From: a virus
Taxonomy: Duplodnaviria > Caudoviricetes
Strand: one strand, 5' to 3'
Virus record (IMG/VR): IMGVR_UViG_3300048858_000122
Location: 1-46,615 of that record
DNA: 46,615 bases
Shown: in pieces, positions 1-8,493 of the stretch
Numbering within the stretch: position 1 is the stretch's first letter
Layout: every line of letters begins with the position of its first letter
Translations under genes and position numbers: made by a program
Notes under the pieces: generated by a model
The model's database searches: none
Told to the model about the DNA's origin: nothing
The model's input: only the letters and a program-made list of their open reading frames with translations

Positions 1-1104
1 TCACGCAACATCGATCCACTCCGAGCCGCGTCCGTCCTTGTACATCTCCGTCATCGCCGCATTCCGGTGGCCCAGTAGCTTCTGAGGGTCTCTACCCTCA
101 GCAGCATGCAGCCGCGCCGCCAAGGATCGCATTTCGTGGAAGCTGGGCGGGTGCGGTCCCAAATCGATGCCGAGATTGACCGCTGCTTGGTTGCGGGCTT
201 CGGCAAATGCCAGCGTGAGTGTGTTCAGCTTGATCGAGCTGCCTGCCTTTGCTCCACCAGCACTTCTGGAATGGTGCACCAGGTGCTTGGACACCACCCG
301 GTCTCTGCACAGCTTAATGACGCCGGCCAAATCCAGGCCTATCGCTTCCAGCCGCAAAGCGGTGCTCAGCCTGAGACGCGCACCCGTTTTCGACTGAACC
401 ACATGCAGGAAGCCATCGTGATCGTCCTTGAACAGCATTGACCCTATATCATCCCGGCGCTGACCGGTCAGTAGGGCCAGCTCCATCGCGCGTTTGAGCC
501 AGGGACGATCAGTTGCAGCATGCATGGCCTTCCAGAGTTCCAGGCTCAGACGTGAGCGCTTGACCTTTGACCTTGCCGCCCTCGTGGCGTCAACCGGGTT
601 TAGGTCGCACCATCCCGCCGCGATGGCTTCTGTGAAGACGTCGCGCAGCAGCGAACGCATCGCCTTAGACATCGGGGCTTTGTCGGCTTTGGTAAAAGTT
701 GCCAAGAAGCTTGCTACGTCCATTGTCCGGATGCTGCGTATGTACTTATCGCCGAATACTTCCTTCAGCGCCCGTAGCCTGCTTCGGGTAGTGCGCATCG
801 TATGGACGCTCAGACCTTTTTCAGGATAGATCGCGTCGTACTCGATCAGCCAGTCGGCAAACTTACGGTCGGCCTCCGCCACTGGCTCGGCGATACGCGC
901 TCGCAATGTCGGTCGCAAAACCTCGGCGTGGTTGGCGGCCACAGCCTCCATCACTGCGGCTTCCTTGTCCTTACCCAGCCCGAACATTCTCCCGCTCACC
1001 GGATCGCGATAGGTGTAGTAGGTGGCGCCGTTGCGGCGGTCAGTCTTCCGGTAAAGGTTGGGGGGTAAATCCTTTGATCCTGGGTTACGCGGCCTTGGTG
1101 CCAT
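1..1104 (-). CDS. int: Phage integrase, lambda Int-type tyrosine recombinase
   Basis: N-terminal arm-binding region (DLPPNLY..YYTYRDP..GLGKD); catalytic motifs TGQRRDD, QSKT, FHEMRS, LLGH, TEMY. Confidence 0.96.
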   Translation of the reverse strand: MAPRPRNPGSKDLPPNLYRKTDRRNGATYYTYRDPVSGRMFGLGKDKEAAVMEAVAANHAEVLRPTLRARIAEPVAEADRKFADWLIEYDAIYPEKGLSVHTMRTTRSRLRALKEVFGDKYIRSIRTMDVASFLATFTKADKAPMSKAMRSLLRDVFTEAIAAGWCDLNPVDATRAARSKVKRSRLSLELWKAMHAATDRPWLKRAMELALLTGQRRDDIGSMLFKDDHDGFLHVVQSKTGARLRLSTALRLEAIGLDLAGVIKLCRDRVVSKHLVHHSRSAGGAKAGSSIKLNTLTLAFAEARNQAAVNLGIDLGPHPPSFHEMRSLAARLHAAEGRDPQKLLGHRNAAMTEMYKDGRGSEWIDVA

Positions 1105-1327
1105 AGCGTGCGTTCTCTATTCGGCTGATAAGGCTGCCACCGGCGATGCGCGCTGGCGGCTTTTCAGGTTCGTTGTAGTGGGCTTCGGCTTCCACATAAT
1201 AGCTGCGTCCGTGCTTCACCGGCACCGGCGCAATCCGGCCTTCTCGGGCCCACTTGCGCAGGGTGTTTTGGCTGGGCGGCGTTTTGAACTGATCAGCTGC
1301 CCACTCCTCAAGCGTCATCTTTGCCAT
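1085..1327 (-). CDS. xis: Excisionase
   Basis: 80 aa, TLEEWA..PPSQNTLRKWAREGRI.P.P.KHGRSY winged-helix pattern; overlaps int start by 20 nt as in lambda. Confidence 0.9.
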   Translation of the reverse strand: MAKMTLEEWAADQFKTPPSQNTLRKWAREGRIAPVPVKHGRSYYVEAEAHYNEPEKPPARIAGGSLISRIENARYGTKAA

Positions 1328-1349
1328 GTTGGTTGCCTCTGTCCGGGGT

Positions 1350-1625
1350 CTATGCGGGGTTGAGTGAGTGCTTCGTCAAGTTCAGCTTCTTCTTCTCGAT
1401 GGCAGCGGCCCGCTTATCCAGCACCGCTTGCTGCTCATCGATTCTTCGCCAGCCCGCTTTGATGCACTCGGCCTTGTTCGCCTGCAGATCGCTGTTGAGG
1501 TAGTGCTTGCCGCCAGTGGTGACGTGATAGCTCTCGTAGTAGCCGCGCTTCACCAGCGTGACTTCCTTTGGCGCAAAGCTTGGGGTCAGCGTCCAGGCTG
1601 TAAATGGGTAAGTGGTTTCCGACAT
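1350..1625 (-). CDS. Hypothetical early phage protein
   Basis: ATG at 1625 (MSETTYP) preceded by GAGG; C-terminal coiled coil. Confidence 0.7.
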   Translation of the reverse strand: MSETTYPFTAWTLTPSFAPKEVTLVKRGYYESYHVTTGGKHYLNSDLQANKAECIKAGWRRIDEQQAVLDKRAAAIEKKKLNLTKHSLNPA

Positions 1626-1681
1626 GCGTAAGTACCTCGCCCGCCGTACACCGGCAGGCATGTGGATAGATGGGGAAGGGG

Positions 1682-1876
1682 TTACGGGTACTGGCGCTTT
1701 ATCCGGTTGGCAATGTCTTCCAGCTTTTCGGCCATGTAGTACATTTCATTGTTGTCGCGGCGGGACACGACGCCGGACCGAGGGACGTTGCGCCCGTCGA
1801 GGATCCAGGCAGCCAGTAGGATCAGCGCCGCTTCAAGCCGGCGGCGGATAAAACCTTTGTGCGGGATCAGCCTCAT
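1682..1876 (-). CDS. Hypothetical phage protein
   Basis: ATGA overlap with the upstream gene; GGAGG RBS. Confidence 0.65.
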   Translation of the reverse strand: MRLIPHKGFIRRRLEAALILLAAWILDGRNVPRSGVVSRRDNNEMYYMAEKLEDIANRIKRQYP

Positions 1877-2025
1877 GCCGCCTCCTTGCCGCGCTGCCAC
1901 CAGAACCAGGCGCGCGAAACTTTCGGCACCGAGTAGCTATCGCCCTGAAGGCACAGCGTGACGAATGGAACCGGCACGCTGTTTGCGTCGGCGTAGGCCT
2001 GCTCGAATTGATCGCGACTGCTCAT
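1873..2025 (-). CDS. Small hypothetical phage protein (MSSRDQFEQ...AWFWWQR)
   Basis: TGATG coupling to the upstream gene; ends in AA like neighbouring phage genes. Confidence 0.65.
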   Translation of the reverse strand: MSSRDQFEQAYADANSVPVPFVTLCLQGDSYSVPKVSRAWFWWQRGKEAA

Positions 2026-2462
2026 CAGCATTCGCTCCAGTTCATGTCCTGGATGTACTCGCACGGAATAACCAAGGTGTCAGGAGGGACCGTGTTCCCA
2101 ATCCTGGCATCTCCGAAATACCCGATTGCGGCCTTGGCGCGCTCAAGCGCCAGCTGGGCGTGTCGAACTTGCCATGACTTGCGGTGCTTGTACGAGCGCA
2201 GCGCAAGGGCCTTGTCCGTGTAGGCAAACCGTCGGCCGTGCTCGCCGCCTTCCTTCAGAACCCGCTTACGGTACGGCTTCAGCATTGATTCACGGTGCTG
2301 ACCACCGAAGAGGCTGTCATGGAGTTCGGTGACGATGTACCAGCACTGATCGGTCTCACCTATCACTACGTACTTTTTGCACGTGACTATCAGGCCGCTT
2401 GGGTCCAGTTCGTCGACGTAGCGGTAATGGTCCGGGCCAAGTTTCGAATTTTCCTTAGGCAT
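2025..2462 (-). CDS. Hypothetical phage protein
   Basis: 145-aa ORF, GAGGA RBS, coupled to the downstream gene. Confidence 0.75.
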   Translation of the reverse strand: MPKENSKLGPDHYRYVDELDPSGLIVTCKKYVVIGETDQCWYIVTELHDSLFGGQHRESMLKPYRKRVLKEGGEHGRRFAYTDKALALRSYKHRKSWQVRHAQLALERAKAAIGYFGDARIGNTVPPDTLVIPCEYIQDMNWSEC

Positions 2463-2548
2463 GACTTCGTCCTCGCCGCATACGCAGCAGGCAATAGGGA
2501 TAGACGGGAAGGGTGGTAAGCTGCCTCGTTGATTGAGGAGCTGTTTGA

Positions 2549-2686
2549 TTGAAGGCGTTTACATTTCTTCGCGATCCGATGTTTCTGGTCGGCGTGCCTG
2601 TTCTGGCCCTAGGCCTGGCCTATGACGTGGCTGTTCTGACTGCGTTGGGCATGTCGTTGGTGGCATGCGCGCTTATCCCTGCCTGA
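2549..2686 (+). CDS. Small hydrophobic membrane peptide, 45 aa (not in ORF track)
   Basis: TTG start 8 nt after GAGGAG (2535-2540); MKAFTFLRDPMFLVGVPVLALGLAYDVAVLTALGMSLVACALIPA; extended -10 TGnTAAGCT at 2514-2522. Confidence 0.55.
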   Translation: MKAFTFLRDPMFLVGVPVLALGLAYDVAVLTALGMSLVACALIPA

Positions 2687-3137
2687 GCTGGCCTTTCCTG
2701 TCGATGGGGGGCGCGGATGTGTTAAGTGCCGCACGACACTCCGAAGTCAGCCACTCGCGCTCCATGACTTCTCGCGGTGGCGCCCAGGGCGTTACGCGCT
2801 TTTCGTTGTTGGCGTCGGTATGGCGCGTAACCCATCCCAGTTCCCAGCCTTCCATGTAGGCCGATTTCGCAAGCCAGGTCAGATCGCTGGCTCGTTGGTC
2901 GGCGATGTTGAGGCGCTGCTGTAGGGCTGACACCTCAGCCTGGAGGAGGGTGACGTAGGCGCGGTCCACCAGATCGACGGAATCGTGGCCCGCCAAAGCA
3001 AGCCGCACGCCAGCGTCAGTCAGGAAAACTCTTCTTTCCAAAAGCGAGTCGATGCGCGCCAAAACTCCCACTTCCCCGCGACACTGCGCCAACCGCTCCA
3101 CAGGGCAATCGCTCAAACGCTTGCGTTCTTGATTCAT
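2673..3137 (-). CDS. Hypothetical phage protein
   Basis: 154-aa ORF in the leftward operon with ATGA overlap. Confidence 0.6.
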   Translation of the reverse strand: MNQERKRLSDCPVERLAQCRGEVGVLARIDSLLERRVFLTDAGVRLALAGHDSVDLVDRAYVTLLQAEVSALQQRLNIADQRASDLTWLAKSAYMEGWELGWVTRHTDANNEKRVTPWAPPREVMEREWLTSECRAALNTSAPPIDRKGQLRQG

Positions 3138-3367
3138 GCTCGTTTCTCTATGTCAGTGGTGATCGCCTCAACGATCACCGGCCCTAGGATTCGGATGTTG
3201 CGGGCGTCCTCTTCAAAGGCACGATTCAGGCGGCCAACCGCTGCCTCGCGGGCCTGCCGGTAGACTTGGTCCAGTAGGCAGTCAGGACCCCACGACCCGA
3301 GGTTGCTCAGTTCGACGGTGAGCGTGACCTTCGCGCCGGTTGTGGTTCGTACGATTGGTTTGATCAC
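3134..3367 (-). CDS. Hypothetical phage protein
   Basis: GTGA overlap start (VIKPIVRTTT), AGGAGG RBS. Confidence 0.65.
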   Translation of the reverse strand: MIKPIVRTTTGAKVTLTVELSNLGSWGPDCLLDQVYRQAREAAVGRLNRAFEEDARNIRILGPVIVEAITTDIEKRA

Positions 3368-3681
3368 AACCCCTCCTGCGGCGAAACGATGCCGCTTGCT
3401 TGAATGACAGCCATGCCCAGGTGGGTGGCCAGTTCGATCTCTACGTTGGCGCCGCGGGACTGACGCCAGTCGGGCAGGAACGCCACGGTGTCGCATGTCA
3501 GCATCTGGCGGATCGCGGTGCGCATGTACAGCTCCCACACGTGCCCAGGGACGGGCGGGTTTTCGGCGGGGTTCTCGACGGCGTAGCCGAGTCCGCGGAG
3601 GCGGGCGGCCTCTGCGTTGAATGCCGGGTAGTTGAAGTCGGCGATGCCTGACATCGGCCCGCTGAGGTAGATGCGTTGCAT
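3364..3681 (-). CDS. DUF4406-like protein (nucleoside deoxyribosyltransferase-like fold)
   Basis: RIYLSGPMSG..FNYPAF..ENPAEN..CDTVAFLPDW..SRGANVE. Confidence 0.85.
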   Translation of the reverse strand: MQRIYLSGPMSGIADFNYPAFNAEAARLRGLGYAVENPAENPPVPGHVWELYMRTAIRQMLTCDTVAFLPDWRQSRGANVEIELATHLGMAVIQASGIVSPQEGL

Positions 3682-3699
3682 GGTGAGCGCCTCGATGCG

Positions 3700-3942
3700 T
3701 TACTGGATGGCGGTGCGTGCTGGCGCTGGTAGAGAGCTGTCGGACTCGATGAAGCCGGTCGACTTCGCGTCGCCATCCATCGCGGAGATGAACATCACTT
3801 CCACCTTTGCAGAATCAACGAGCACCTTCGCCACGTCGGCGATTGCCTTGGCGCGCTCGATCTCCATCGGCTTTTCGGGGTCCTGTAGCGCTTCGAGCGT
3901 GGCGAACAGGTGGTTGCGCAGATCAGTCATCTTGTTTTTCAC
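3700..3942 (-). CDS. Conserved small phage protein
   Basis: DLRNHLFATLEAL..EIERAKAIADVA pattern commonly seen next to HNH genes. Confidence 0.75.
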   Translation of the reverse strand: MKNKMTDLRNHLFATLEALQDPEKPMEIERAKAIADVAKVLVDSAKVEVMFISAMDGDAKSTGFIESDSSLPAPARTAIQ

Positions 3943-4636
3943 GGGAAACCTCGCTGATTGCTCGCTTTAGCCGGCCGAGCTGGCGGATGGTGTCTTTGAG
4001 TTCTGGCGGGTACCGGTGGATAGTGTTGCGGCGCATGTTTTCAGCGCGCGTCACCAGCTCCAGGTTGCCAACCTCAATGTTCTGGGTGTTTCGATCTTTG
4101 AAAACTACGATGTGGCCGGCTGGCACTGGGCCGTGGATCTCTTCCCACAGGATCATATGGACCGACTTCCATCGCCGGTGCGGCGGTCCATCGTCGTGAG
4201 TTTTGCGCTGTCTGATCCCGTCGCAAGTGACTCGCTCAGAACCGACCGGCACATGGTTGTGCGGCATCGTCCCCGCGCTGAACCTTGTCTCTGCTGATCG
4301 ACCGCCAGCCACATAGCTCACGCCTTTGTTCCAAGACGTCTGGCCTTTCTTAAACCGCGAGCCGACGCCAGGGTTATCGTCGCGCCGCAACCTGCAGGCG
4401 TGTTCACTTGCCAGATACGCCTCACTGCGCTTCAGGCCCAAGGCAAACGCTTTGTTGTAGATCGACCAGTACGGCCGCGCGAAGGCCTTCGCCATATCCG
4501 GCATCGGCGTGTCCGGATAGAGCTCGCGCAGCTTCGCTTCCTCCTCGGAAGTCCAGTGCCTGCGCGGTTTTGGAGGTAGGTCCTTGGGCAATCGTGCCCT
4601 GGCGTGCTTGAGCGCGCGAATCGCTATTGGGTTCAT
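3923..4636 (-). CDS. HNH endonuclease-domain protein with N-terminal helical DNA-binding region
   Basis: VHMILWEEIHGPVP.GH.V.F.D.N..N....NLELVTRAENMRRN; RFKKGQTSWNKG motif. Confidence 0.85.
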   Translation of the reverse strand: MNPIAIRALKHARARLPKDLPPKPRRHWTSEEEAKLRELYPDTPMPDMAKAFARPYWSIYNKAFALGLKRSEAYLASEHACRLRRDDNPGVGSRFKKGQTSWNKGVSYVAGGRSAETRFSAGTMPHNHVPVGSERVTCDGIRQRKTHDDGPPHRRWKSVHMILWEEIHGPVPAGHIVVFKDRNTQNIEVGNLELVTRAENMRRNTIHRYPPELKDTIRQLGRLKRAISEVSREKQDD

Positions 4637-4712
4637 GCTGATCCTCGCCAGTGGCGTGATTGGTGGAAGTGGGTTATTGATTCGGTTTCGAACTGAATAT
4701 GGAGTGGCTCTA

Positions 4713-4961
4713 GTGAGCGAATACCAGTTGCTTGACGTCGAAATCTTCTTCGATCAAAGACGAGGAGAAAATCGCGCGAGACCTCTGCCTGGCCAGAAAT
4801 ACCCGCCGAGCCTTGTGGTTGAGTGCGCAAAAGGTTTCAGGGAGTCGAGTCGGGTTGGCGCAAAATTCCGTCTTCAGGTCAAAGAGAAGGAAAAGAAATC
4901 CGACGATTGCAGGGTGCATCTTTATTCCTACTACCGATGGAAAGTTCAGCCGCTGGACTGA
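4713..4961 (+). CDS. Hypothetical accessory protein (82 aa)
   Basis: GTG start after GGAG at 4701; opposite strand to the surrounding operon; AT-richer. Confidence 0.65.
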   Translation: MSEYQLLDVEIFFDQRRGENRARPLPGQKYPPSLVVECAKGFRESSRVGAKFRLQVKEKEKKSDDCRVHLYSYYRWKVQPLD

Positions 4962-5008
4962 ACGGCCCTATGGCCTACGCTTACCGCTCCACAGGAAGGG
5001 ATACGGTC

Positions 5009-5212
5009 ATGAGCGGAGATAGGGAAAAGGCGTTGTTGCTGGCTCTGAAAGCAGTTTTGAACGCGGCCCGGACGCAGGGGCTGAACCTCGACGAGCTGTC
5101 AGAGGAGGCGGCTGATGAGCTTCTGATGTATCGCGCCTACGACGCCGAGCATGTGCCGATGGCCATCAACGAAATTGAGGTGGCTGTTGACGCGCTGCAC
5201 GTAGACCGCTAG
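5009..5212 (+). CDS. 67-aa helical protein, paralogue A
   Basis: AGGAAGGG RBS; 27/67 identical to 5541-5744 without gaps. Confidence 0.8.
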   Translation: MSGDREKALLLALKAVLNAARTQGLNLDELSEEAADELLMYRAYDAEHVPMAINEIEVAVDALHVDR

Positions 5213-5286
5213 TCGTCCTGCAGCTTGAGTGCGAAAATCTTTTTGACGGATCAAAACTCTACGGAGTGTCACAGGGAGATTCATTT

Positions 5287-5493
5287 ATGGCACCCATCAC
5301 GAAATTTATCAGCAAGCGCAGCCCTGAACTGTTCGCCGCGGCAGCGGAGCTTCGGCTTTCACTTCACGCGGTCCAAGAGCTTGTCAGGCAGGGTATTACG
5401 AGTGGCTATGAGTGGAACCAGGCTGATGTCCGCCAGCGGGACGCCACCGCCGAGTGGCGTCGTGCGCTGCGCAGGAACCGCGTTTCGCTCTGA
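5287..5493 (+). CDS. Hypothetical accessory protein (68 aa)
   Basis: GGGAG RBS; lies between the two paralogues. Confidence 0.6.
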   Translation: MAPITKFISKRSPELFAAAAELRLSLHAVQELVRQGITSGYEWNQADVRQRDATAEWRRALRRNRVSL

Positions 5494-5540
5494 TGGTTGT
5501 GGAGATCCCACTTCTCTACCAACATAAAAGGACGCAAGTC

Positions 5541-5744
5541 ATGAACGAAGACAGGGAAAGGGTAGTGCGGATGGCGCTGAAGGCGGTGCTGGTTGCGGCG
5601 CAGGAATGCTGCGTTGATATCGACGAGCTCACGGAGTTGGCGGTTCAGTCGATGTACGGCGAGCAGTTCTACAACCCAGCGGATGTGGCTGAGGCGACGG
5701 GAATCATCGAGGCGGCGGCTGATGCCCTGCCGGTGGTCCACTGA
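5541..5744 (+). CDS. 67-aa helical protein, paralogue B
   Basis: AAGGA RBS; 27/67 identical to 5009-5212. Confidence 0.8.
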   Translation: MNEDRERVVRMALKAVLVAAQECCVDIDELTELAVQSMYGEQFYNPADVAEATGIIEAAADALPVVH

Positions 5745-5897
5745 TTAGGCTGCTGCACCTCCTGGTGGAACCAGCGCCTGCTGCACCGCCTCGATGATCC
5801 GCAGCACCGATCTGAAACCCCAAATTTAAATGAGTGCAGCCCGCCGGTTAAGCTGACGAGAAAAGTATCCGGCGCGGCGCCGTCCAGAGGAGTTCCG

Positions 5898-6191
5898 ATG
5901 CTTGAGTTGTTAAACGATGTCACAGGCGTGAACGAGGCTGGCATTGTCTGTCATCCCTATAAGTTTCGTAGAGGTGCGAAAAAGGGCCTCTACAGCTACA
6001 CGCTGAAAGCAGAAAACACAACGTTCGCGGGGATAGATGAAGCAGCCCTTCGCGCCATGATTGAGAGGGGTGACTTCGACAAGACTGGTAGAATTTTTAT
6101 GGTCCCTGCAGGTAGCTCGAATACTGCTAATCATGGCGCACTCAACGTCAAAACGTACAAAAGCAAGCGCCTGCCTATCAAGGCACACTAA
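5898..6191 (+). CDS. Hypothetical accessory protein (97 aa)
   Basis: GAGGAG RBS; AT-richer codon usage. Confidence 0.75.
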   Translation: MLELLNDVTGVNEAGIVCHPYKFRRGAKKGLYSYTLKAENTTFAGIDEAALRAMIERGDFDKTGRIFMVPAGSSNTANHGALNVKTYKSKRLPIKAH

Positions 6192-6265
6192 TTCGGTTGG
6201 TGCTGGGCTATACGTGGTGACCGGCATCGGCATGGCCCGAATGGGCAACCAATAAGGAGTAGTGC

Positions 6266-6820
6266 GTGATCTACATTTATGTCGACAGCAATATCTTCGA
6301 CTACGTCTATACACACAAAATCGATCTGTCTGCGGAGTTTCCCCCAGATATATATGAGCTACGAATCGTTGGCGAACAGGTTTTGGAGAGTCGAGCTATT
6401 CCAGAAGGAAAAAGTTGGCTGAAAGCGTATATCTATGAAGTAATTGAGAAATGGAACATCAAAGTCGACAAGCTATTCGGGTTTTACGACCCCAGGCATA
6501 TCTCTGAAGAACAAAGGGTGGGTGGGTACAATGTCGGGCGTTACGCAAGTTTGGTGGAAGTGGAATTTTTGACTGAACAGCGCAGAGTCGGCGAGTTGGA
6601 GAAGCGTAAATCAGGGTTGTATCCCGACGAGACAGACATCTCGCTTGGGGCTCGCGCTATGGGTGGCAGCATCGTCCTCACCTTGGATGCCAAAAAAGGC
6701 CCGCTTAGAACCGCTAAAGATAAGGGCGGCCCGGTGGTGTTTCTTACAGACTTTCCCAGCAGCGGAGTGTCCTTACACGACTTTGTAATGGCGGCAGTAG
6801 ACAATAGTTCGAGCATTTGA
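6266..6820 (+). CDS. PIN-domain (RNase-like) accessory protein
   Basis: TAAGGAG RBS with GTG start; PIN acidic motifs YVDSNIF, GEQVLE, ETDISL, VLTLD. Confidence 0.7.
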   Translation: MIYIYVDSNIFDYVYTHKIDLSAEFPPDIYELRIVGEQVLESRAIPEGKSWLKAYIYEVIEKWNIKVDKLFGFYDPRHISEEQRVGGYNVGRYASLVEVEFLTEQRRVGELEKRKSGLYPDETDISLGARAMGGSIVLTLDAKKGPLRTAKDKGGPVVFLTDFPSSGVSLHDFVMAAVDNSSSI

Positions 6821-6835
6821 TTGGCATACTCCAAT

Positions 6836-6869
6836 CTCTGCGAGGCATTTGGTTATTTGCCCCGCAGAG
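6836..6869. terminator. Hairpin between convergent genes
   Basis: CTCTGCGAGGCA / TGCCCCGCAGAG, 11 of 12 complementary; no strong U-tract. Confidence 0.45.
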
Positions 6870-6874
6870 CTTCC

Positions 6875-7687
6875 TTAAGCTGAAAAGCTTCCTAAAGCAA
6901 GCTTCGCCGCAGAGCCAATCTTGTCTTCCAACACTGACTTGAATTCCTGAGCGATGGCCTCGCGCTGAACTTCCTCGCCGACCCAGCGCAGTTTCAGAAC
7001 CGGCACTGGCCCGCTGGTAATGACCGAAATGCGTAGGGTGATGAGCTGCTCGGTCAGGCCTTCGAATGGCACAACGTGGAACTGCAGAGCAGCCGGCAGG
7101 GTCTCTTTGCTGCGCGCCTCGATCTGGTCCATCGCACTGCGGCTGGCGCTGGTGTCGCCGACCGTTGTTTCCGATTCGCTAGTGGCCTTGATGGTGATGG
7201 TGCGCACCGCCGCGATTGCCTTGGCGATTGGAATGGCAGTGCCTGCGTCGTCAACCGGCGTCAGGTACTGGTGCCAGTCTTCGATCCAGTCGCTGAGGTC
7301 TTTCTGCGTAAGGCGATTAGCCGACACCTGCTGAGCGGCGGTGTAGCCGGCAGTTGCCTTGAGTTTCAATACGGCACGGTCATCAGCGTGGCCAGGTTCG
7401 TCAGCGGTGCCGAGGTTGAACAACAGAACGCAGCTCATTTCCTCCTGGTTGATGAAGCCACGCGCGCCGGCCGCGGCGCGGTCGGCCACGTAGGTGCTGA
7501 AGTCAGCAAGCGCGTGGGTGGAGTAGGTACCACGGAACCGGCTACGACCGGCTTGGTACTTTTCCAGATCCACGACTTTGGTGCCTTCCGGCAGCAGTGC
7601 GGTGGGCGTGTGAGTCGGCAACGCTTTGCCAGTCGCTTCCAGCGCGGTGTCGGTGATGAGTTGAATTGCTTCTTTGCTCAGGGACAT
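6875..7687 (-). CDS. DUF2303 (YfdQ-like) phage protein
   Basis: DLEKY...RSRFRG, FNLGT..PGHAD, QKDLSDWIEDW. Confidence 0.88.
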   Translation of the reverse strand: MSLSKEAIQLITDTALEATGKALPTHTPTALLPEGTKVVDLEKYQAGRSRFRGTYSTHALADFSTYVADRAAAGARGFINQEEMSCVLLFNLGTADEPGHADDRAVLKLKATAGYTAAQQVSANRLTQKDLSDWIEDWHQYLTPVDDAGTAIPIAKAIAAVRTITIKATSESETTVGDTSASRSAMDQIEARSKETLPAALQFHVVPFEGLTEQLITLRISVITSGPVPVLKLRWVGEEVQREAIAQEFKSVLEDKIGSAAKLALGSFSA

Positions 7688-7724
7688 TTTTCAGGTCTCT
7701 ATGGGAAATAGTTCGGAGGGTGGA

Positions 7725-8078
7725 TCAGGTTCGAGGCTTGATTGGTGTTTCGTTGCGCTCGAACAACTGGCCTGGGTGGGGTGCTTCAGCGAACAGCGTC
7801 ACCTGGCCGCCGCTGCCCACGTTCATTGGCGTGTCCAGCGCGGTGTTCTCGCTGCGCGTGCCGCGCTTGGTCGGCACTTTGTAATCGAGCTTGTGCTTGA
7901 TTTTCACCATGTGGGAATCGCCGATTTGGCTCATGTCCAGGGTGATTACCAGCTTCCCGGCCTTGCCATGCTCTACAACTCCGCTAGCCACTTCGGAAAT
8001 TGCATAGCCGATCTGGCTGGCGAACGCGCCGCCGTTCAGCTCATTGAGGAACTCGGTTGTATCGGTAGGGGTGGACAT
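7725..8078 (-). CDS. Conserved phage protein usually paired with DUF2303
   Basis: EFLNELNGG.F, KHKLDYKVPT.RG.RSE...DTPMNVG. Confidence 0.8.
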   Translation of the reverse strand: MSTPTDTTEFLNELNGGAFASQIGYAISEVASGVVEHGKAGKLVITLDMSQIGDSHMVKIKHKLDYKVPTKRGTRSENTALDTPMNVGSGGQVTLFAEAPHPGQLFERNETPIKPRT

Positions 8079-8172
8079 GCGTGTTTCTCCGGTGGGGCCG
8101 GGACCCCGCTTGGTTGGAGTTTGTATTGGGTTTGTCGACGACGGTGGTTCGCGGATTGGTTTACGCGCCGCA

Positions 8173-8493
8173 TCAGCTGGATGCGGTGAAGGTGATGCCG
8201 TGCTCTCGCGCGGTGAGGGCGACGGTGCGGGTATCGACGCCGATCTTCATGCCGATCTGGCGCGCGTTCAGCCCCGCCTTTGCCAGTGCGCGAATCCGCG
8301 GCGCACACTTGGCGCGCTTGGCCTTGAGCGTTTCCAGATGATTTGTGGTGCCCAGCAGCGGAGCGTTGGCGTTGGCGCTGGCGCCTTGCTCGATATGCTG
8401 GATCCGGTGGCCGGTCGCGATGAAGTGATCGATCTGGGCTGCAAGCTGGGCGATCGCCTGCTTGTGCTGGTCTGGCACTGTCTCGCCGATCAT
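8173..8493 (-). CDS. Hypothetical protein with C-terminal HTH-like segment
   Basis: IDHFIATG.RIQ; GLNARQIGMKIGVDTRTV. Confidence 0.7.
   Translation of the reverse strand: MIGETVPDQHKQAIAQLAAQIDHFIATGHRIQHIEQGASANANAPLLGTTNHLETLKAKRAKCAPRIRALAKAGLNARQIGMKIGVDTRTVALTAREHGITFTASS

Noticed and set aside
4633-4830. 65-aa minus-strand ORF coupled to the HNH gene
   Set aside because: Overlaps the better supported plus-strand gene 4713-4961 and has no credible start signal.
5745-5807. Minus-strand fragment VLRIIEAVQQALVPPGGAAA, possibly the tail of a deleted gene such as a DNA methyltransferase, with a CTGCTGCACC duplication
   Set aside because: Only 20 codons and weak resemblance; cannot be supported without a search.
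8036-8173. Arg-rich 45-aa ORF (MRRVNQSANHRRRQ) as an N-like antiterminator
   Set aside because: It lies downstream of the tL terminator rather than first in the pL operon and overlaps the next gene; function unsupported, though it may be translated.
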